62,841 bases of DNA, taken from contig CAZSWP010000021.1 in assembly GCA_964610875.1 (NCBI GenBank), positions 1-62,841 of the forward strand, written 5' to 3'. Positions 58,071 to 62,841 of the stretch are shown here, piece after piece (the first letter of the stretch is position 1; the number at the start of each line of letters is the position of its first letter). Made by a program: the position numbers and the translations under genes. Under the pieces are notes generated by a model, which saw only the letters and a program-made list of their open reading frames with translations, was not told the origin of the DNA and did not search any database. The DNA is from an uncultured archaeon. Its GTDB lineage: Archaea > Asgardarchaeota > Thorarchaeia > Thorarchaeales > Thorarchaeaceae.

Positions 58071-58991
58071 TTGCTAGCAAAGGATATTGGAATCCAAGTA
58101 ATCGATGCACATGCTCATTTCATGACTTATAGCACTGTAAAGGAAATTCTTGAGAGATCTCAAGGCCTTGATAAAATTCAGAAAAGAGTATCAAATCTCA
58201 CTGACATGAAGGACTTCAAGCTTCCAGATGAAGACTGGGATGCAGGGAGATCTTGGGTTAGTGAACTCGATAAGTATGGAATAACCTCAATTGGAATGAT
58301 GATTGGTGAAGAGTCTTGGGATGAATTTAATGAAACTCGCAAAGGGTTTCCAGGTAGGTTTCTTGGATATGCAAATATCAATCCAGCTGCAGACAATGCC
58401 GTTGACCTCGTGAAACGAGCCGGTAGTGATGGATTTCAGGGAATAAAGCTCTATCCGAGTTCATGGGATCGTCATGTGTATGATGAGAGTGTCTATCCGA
58501 TTTACGAAGAAGCCCTCGAACAGAAACTCCTTGTCATTCTGCATTTTGGAATAACAATTGGAACCAATGCAAACCTCCGATATGGAAACCCATTAGACAT
58601 CCAAATGCCAGCTCATGACTTTCCAGACCTAAATTTCATGGTTGCTCATTTTGGTGCTGGTTTCTTCAGAGAAGTATTGATGTTGATGTATCAAACAGAT
58701 AATGTACACATGGATTCAAGTGGAAGTAATGCATGGATGACATACCTTCCGTACGATTTGACAATAACCAAAATATTTGAGAACGCACTCAAAGCAGGTG
58801 GTCCCGATCGAATCATTTTCGGTACTGATTCCTCATTCTTCCCAAGGGGCTTTAGATTCAATATTTTGAAAGAGCAGTATAAAGCCGTGAAATCAATATG
58901 TCCTCAGTTCTGCTATTCAGATGATGACATTGACAAGATATTTCGTGCGAACATACTTAGGCTTACAGATTTTAAACCTGCGAAGCTATAG
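58071..58991 (+). CDS. Amidohydrolase-2 family metal-dependent hydrolase
   Basis: IDAHAH, GIKLYP, LHFG, AHFGAG, IIFGTDS. Confidence 0.9.
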   Translation: MLAKDIGIQVIDAHAHFMTYSTVKEILERSQGLDKIQKRVSNLTDMKDFKLPDEDWDAGRSWVSELDKYGITSIGMMIGEESWDEFNETRKGFPGRFLGYANINPAADNAVDLVKRAGSDGFQGIKLYPSSWDRHVYDESVYPIYEEALEQKLLVILHFGITIGTNANLRYGNPLDIQMPAHDFPDLNFMVAHFGAGFFREVLMLMYQTDNVHMDSSGSNAWMTYLPYDLTITKIFENALKAGGPDRIIFGTDSSFFPRGFRFNILKEQYKAVKSICPQFCYSDDDIDKIFRANILRLTDFKPAKL

Positions 58992-59002
58992 CTTCAGAAA
59001 AC

Positions 59003-60259
59003 TCATGCCTTCATGATTTTCTTTTCAAGTCCTCTGAGTTTCTTGGGTTCGTCGCCTTCTCTATACTTCTTTGCAGCTTCTTGATATTTTGTCAAAGCTT
59101 CTCGAGACTCTCCCATCTTTGAAAGACTGTTTCCTTCATCCTCAAGATACTTTCCCCATTCCACAAATGCTTCGCGAACCTTTTGTGCGCATTTTACTCT
59201 CTTCTTGGTGTCTGTCGTGAGCATGAATAATTCCCTTGCTTTCTTGTATTGTACTATCGCCCATTCATATTGTTCTTCTTTCATATGGGATTCTGCTTGC
59301 TGATAGTGAAAGTCTGCCATCGATTCATAACCTTCATCGATTTTCTTGATTGATTCTTCTATCATCTTTTCATTCTTCGCACGTTCATAGAGTTTTTTGG
59401 CTTTCTCAAATTCTGCAATAGCCGCCTCGTGTTCATCTTCTTTTAGTTTCATTTCTCCATGCTCTAGCCGTGCTCGACCCATCGCTTCGTATACATAAGC
59501 AGGATATTCAAACTCATCAGATGAAAGCGCCATACCACAGTTTGTACATAACGGGTCCTCTAATTCCCTCATAGGCTGTTCCAGACCGATTTTCTTAGGT
59601 TTCCCCACAACAATATCGATGAAATCCTTTGATGTTGAACCTCTACCTTTGGGGAAGAGATGTGTTACAGCTTCGCGTGTATCGGTTTCTTCGGAGTCTG
59701 GAAATAGATGTTCCATTGCTTCCCCTGTCGCTATAGCATCATCATCGAGAACAATTGGGGGCTTTACTTCTTTGAATGGCATTCCTTCACGTATCACATC
59801 AGATGTATCCCATTCTAACTCAGCTCTAGGTTCTATAGCAGGGATATCATCTGCTCTTTGTTCAATCTCGGCAACTGGGGTTTCGTCTTTAGATTCTGGG
59901 GTTTCTTCTATAGGTGTAGTGTCCCATTCTAGCGTTTCCCCGGGGGATTCAATTAGTTCTGTTTTTGAATCCCCTTCGACCTTTTCCGATTCTGTTTCAT
60001 GAGTAGATTCTTCACTATCTCCCAAAATTGATGGAGCTAAAGTGTCATCAGTTATTAAATCAGATTCATCTAAAGGAGGAAGGACATCATCTACGTCCTC
60101 TGAATCATTTTTCTCTTGTTCATCTATGGTAAGTTCTGTGTCAGTTATTTCAAAATCATCTGTTGAAACACTGGTTAATCTGGAACCACAGTTAAGACAA
60201 AAGGTGGATCCTTTCCTAACCTTTTTGCCACACTCGGGACATAATATCGTGTCTGACAT
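59003..60259 (-). CDS. Zn-ribbon + acidic disordered region + TPR-like helical repeat protein
   Basis: CPECG..FCLNCG; D/E-rich linker; three TPR-like repeats at the C-terminus. Confidence 0.8.
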   Translation of the reverse strand: MSDTILCPECGKKVRKGSTFCLNCGSRLTSVSTDDFEITDTELTIDEQEKNDSEDVDDVLPPLDESDLITDDTLAPSILGDSEESTHETESEKVEGDSKTELIESPGETLEWDTTPIEETPESKDETPVAEIEQRADDIPAIEPRAELEWDTSDVIREGMPFKEVKPPIVLDDDAIATGEAMEHLFPDSEETDTREAVTHLFPKGRGSTSKDFIDIVVGKPKKIGLEQPMRELEDPLCTNCGMALSSDEFEYPAYVYEAMGRARLEHGEMKLKEDEHEAAIAEFEKAKKLYERAKNEKMIEESIKKIDEGYESMADFHYQQAESHMKEEQYEWAIVQYKKARELFMLTTDTKKRVKCAQKVREAFVEWGKYLEDEGNSLSKMGESREALTKYQEAAKKYREGDEPKKLRGLEKKIMKA

Positions 60260-60375
60260 AGTGATTTATAGCACTTCCATAGATAATTCTCGAATTAGAC
60301 GGTATTCAGGGACTCCACATTAACTCTTACTTAGGGATTGTATATGAAGTAAGCTCGTATATTGAAATAAATTTT

Positions 60376-60996
60376 CTAGAACCAAAGCAAAGCGTAAGTT
60401 GCTCCTGTTACGATAATTGCCAAAAAAATACCTGTAATCGATTGAAGCAGAGTGTGTTGCTTGAGATAAGTGCGTGACCAAACAACAGCAATCCAGATCA
60501 GAATTACTAATGTTGCTGGGAGTCCATAGAGAATAATAAGTGCTGTACCTGGACCTGATGTTCCTGCTCCATGTACCGAAACCTTTGACCACCTAGTTAC
60601 AAGCATAACTGTGGTCGTCACAGTAATGTACGCTGCTGACAATACTCGCATAACGTCGCACTGTAGCATCCAATATGTAAGATATGCTGTAATATAACAC
60701 AAAATTGCAAAGAAGAAATATGGTGTTCTAAGCTCTTGCTCTGAAACATCGAGATCTATGTCACCTTTCCATGCTCTGTAAACTATTGGTACAATTGGTA
60801 ATGCCACCATGAGAATCAAACAGATGAACAGATTTGTTATAGGATTGAGGATTGGACCTAAACCAATTAGTGAAGTATAGGATATGATTGTACCTACGTA
60901 TAGATTGAATAATGGTGCTGGAGTTAGTCTAGATATTATTCTAGCAAGTAGTGTTTTCTTTCCCTCAAGTTCTAGTGTTTCATCGGCATACTTCAA
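60376..60996 (-). CDS. PAP2-like membrane phosphoesterase
   Basis: KVSVHGAG and WSRTYLKQHT motifs; about 6 TM. Confidence 0.75.
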   Translation of the reverse strand: MKYADETLELEGKKTLLARIISRLTPAPLFNLYVGTIISYTSLIGLGPILNPITNLFICLILMVALPIVPIVYRAWKGDIDLDVSEQELRTPYFFFAILCYITAYLTYWMLQCDVMRVLSAAYITVTTTVMLVTRWSKVSVHGAGTSGPGTALIILYGLPATLVILIWIAVVWSRTYLKQHTLLQSITGIFLAIIVTGATYALLWF

Positions 60997-61077
60997 TCTG
61001 AATCAAAAAAATACCATCTATATGGTTCTTGAATGTTCCTCAAATAACGTTTGAGAGCCTAGAGCAAGTAAAATCAA

Positions 61078-61269
61078 TCAGGTATCCTTTGAATCAGAGG
61101 TATCATCTCCCTGTTCAAAGGGGTCAAGTCGCCATCCTGTCCTTTCCATGACATAGGTCATTATGACATTGGCTACCTTGGTTATCTCTCCGAGAGAATC
61201 AAGCAGAATCTCTCTTGTACCCCCCTTGCTACTGCTGAGCAATCCATTATTCATCTCTGAAACAATCAT
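61078..61269 (-). CDS. Short hypothetical ORF or gene remnant
   Basis: Short ORF at the composition boundary with no motifs. Confidence 0.3.
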   Translation of the reverse strand: MIVSEMNNGLLSSSKGGTREILLDSLGEITKVANVIMTYVMERTGWRLDPFEQGDDTSDSKDT

Positions 61270-61374
61270 ATAACTATCTTTGTATAAGCATAAAATCAAA
61301 GGCGGATTTTGAATCAACACGTCGCGCAATAACCAACCTTTTTTTCTTAAGGATCAGTGAATCAAGAACTCTAC

Positions 61375-62208
61375 CTAGAGTTCTGGAATTGTTTCGCGTG
61401 TATGAATCATCTTCCATGCACGCTCTAGGTGCTTCTGTGGAATATGCATCCTGCGGAGCTGTTTATGTGCCTCTCTACCAAGCTTGACCATATGTAGGAG
61501 TAGAGCAGCCTCATAGCGTAGTTGCATGCCAAGGGCACAGGCATCATCCACCACTGTTGGAGTGTCAGGGCGTGGTTGCTCTCCCTCAGGGGGATAGAGT
61601 ACCTCACGGGCTATGCTTGGGTGTATTCCAACGCAGTTTTCCAGTATCTCCACACCGTCAAGAAGGCTAGTGTTCAGAGTACCCTCATCAACAAGCTTGC
61701 GGATGCGCTGGCGAATGCTCTCTGCAAACTCTGAATGATCATCATGCAGCTGAATGTCCTCGACCAGTGTCCAGAGTTCCACATCATCACGCTCTGCAAC
61801 CGTGATGAGCTGCTGTTTTCCTTCCCTGTCCATGCCCATCGCCATATACAGCCTGTGGTCAGTTGTCCGATAGTCAATGGGATGAGGCTTGTACCAGCGG
61901 ACCTTACCGAACCTTCTGCTGTTGAAGATCTTCCTTCCTGCTCGACCTGGAGCTCTTGACAGAGTGATGGTCTTCTCCCACGGTAGGATTGGAAACGCGA
62001 AGTGCAGGCCATCAGGGTTGCCAAGCAGGACCTCGCCCTTAGAGAAGATCATCTGTCCATCCTCCAGTCTGAAGTCCATACGCCGTCGAGTCGCCGTGCC
62101 GTTGAGGACTCCACCGTGTTCTTCCACTTCAATGGTGAGTCTTTCTGTCTCCTCGTCCATCTCTTCAAGAGGTGGTTCGTACTTTATCATAGAATCTGTC
62201 ACTGTCAT
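61375..62208 (-). CDS. Hypothetical protein, high-GC
   Basis: About 277 aa; sampled lines are 55-57% GC versus about 37% upstream. Confidence 0.7.
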   Translation of the reverse strand: MTVTDSMIKYEPPLEEMDEETERLTIEVEEHGGVLNGTATRRRMDFRLEDGQMIFSKGEVLLGNPDGLHFAFPILPWEKTITLSRAPGRAGRKIFNSRRFGKVRWYKPHPIDYRTTDHRLYMAMGMDREGKQQLITVAERDDVELWTLVEDIQLHDDHSEFAESIRQRIRKLVDEGTLNTSLLDGVEILENCVGIHPSIAREVLYPPEGEQPRPDTPTVVDDACALGMQLRYEAALLLHMVKLGREAHKQLRRMHIPQKHLERAWKMIHTRETIPEL

Positions 62209-62346
62209 GCCACACATTGGTATTGGATGTTATAGTATAAGAATACCTCTATCAGTCTACTGTGCTTTCACTCGTAGCCACTATCACTCCAAATCGTCTT
62301 CCTTGGGTGTAAGTTTTCCCTGAATTCTATCAATTAGGTGGATACC

Positions 62347-62586
62347 TCATACCAACAGACTGGCTGTGGCTTCTTCTGTATCACAGACAATCTTCAAGGT
62401 TGGAAGAGAAGAGTCTGTAGATGTCCCATACTTAGTTCCATACTCGGACGGACGGGGAAGCCAGCCAGTATTTTCAAAAATACTGTAGGATGTTCTGCTG
62501 TCAAACTGGATAGAACCCTCTAATCCATTTGGAAGGTCTATCTCAAAGAGTGCTTGTCCACTGTATAGAAGTAGATTGACACTCAT
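62347..62586 (-). CDS. Hypothetical protein
   Basis: 79-aa ORF directly downstream of the preceding minus-strand ORF. Confidence 0.45.
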   Translation of the reverse strand: MSVNLLLYSGQALFEIDLPNGLEGSIQFDSRTSYSIFENTGWLPRPSEYGTKYGTSTDSSLPTLKIVCDTEEATASLLV

Positions 62587-62593
62587 TTTCCCA

Positions 62594-62839
62594 TCAACCA
62601 GTGATATTCACCTGTTCTGTGAAGAAGAACCTGATATTGCCTGTGTCTGCGGAGATGCCTACTCCATGGGCATATATGTCCCCGCCAATCTTGGCATTGT
62701 TGTCATAGTAGAAGTCCGCATTTACCCTATCGCCATTCAAGCCGATACCCACAGACATCGCAGTCCCAATTGTGATGTTGGCATAAGCAATCCCAGCCGC
62801 ATCATAGACATCAAGGAGTGTTGGATTGTCCACGTATCG
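62594..62839 (-). CDS. Beta-rich hypothetical protein, C-terminal part (truncated by the window end)
   Basis: Frame is open to the window edge; G/N/T/I-rich beta-strand pattern. Confidence 0.5.
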   Translation of the reverse strand, partial: RYVDNPTLLDVYDAAGIAYANITIGTAMSVGIGLNGDRVNADFYYDNNAKIGGDIYAHGVGISADTGNIRFFFTEQVNITG

Positions 62840-62841
62840 TA

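Noticed and set aside
61322-61350. dif/Xer-like site (GCGCAATAA-CCAACC-TTTT...) at the GC boundary
   Set aside because: The right arm lacks TTAT and arm symmetry is poor; a second copy outside the window would be needed.
1287-62523. Numerous 60-180-aa ORFs overlapping or antisense to long genes (e.g. 28061-28561, 46334-46834, 55407-55940, 61889-62323)
   Set aside because: Shadow frames of well-supported genes with no independent motifs.
1-62841. tRNA, rRNA, CRISPR arrays, transposases, integrases
   Set aside because: None recognised by eye; a tRNAscan-SE or Infernal run would be needed to exclude intron-containing tRNAs.

Overview
Archaeal chromosomal segment of about 38-40% GC, most consistent with an Asgard archaeon, probably Thorarchaeia. 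That assignment is inferred from a longin-domain protein, Topo VI, CofE, bacterial-type SerC/DnaK and many membrane-anchored S8 peptidases. About 55 CDSs are present; no tRNA, rRNA, CRISPR array, transposase or integrase was recognised. Housekeeping blocks include serC, grpE-dnaK-dnaJ, top6B-top6A, a P-type ATPase, a MacB-type ABC transporter, Sir2, CitG and CofE. Main points of interest: (1) a membrane-anchored subtilase with the domain order of eukaryotic site-1 protease (S8 + Ig-like + GIFT + TM), one of four large C-terminally anchored subtilases within 27 kb; (2) an unannotated, heavily structured, apparently pseudoknotted intergenic element of about 220 nt on the minus strand at 48.85-49.07 kb; (3) a Topo VI-A with a roughly 430-aa N-terminal extension of Lys-rich tracts and three HhH modules; (4) eukaryote-like adaptor architectures (TPR-longin, split PH + Zn ribbons, Zn ribbon-IDR-TPR); (5) a structured 5' leader and two clear operator arrays; (6) a GC step near 61.37 kb that suggests the edge of an integrated element. 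All family calls come from motif recognition by eye and need HMM or structure confirmation.
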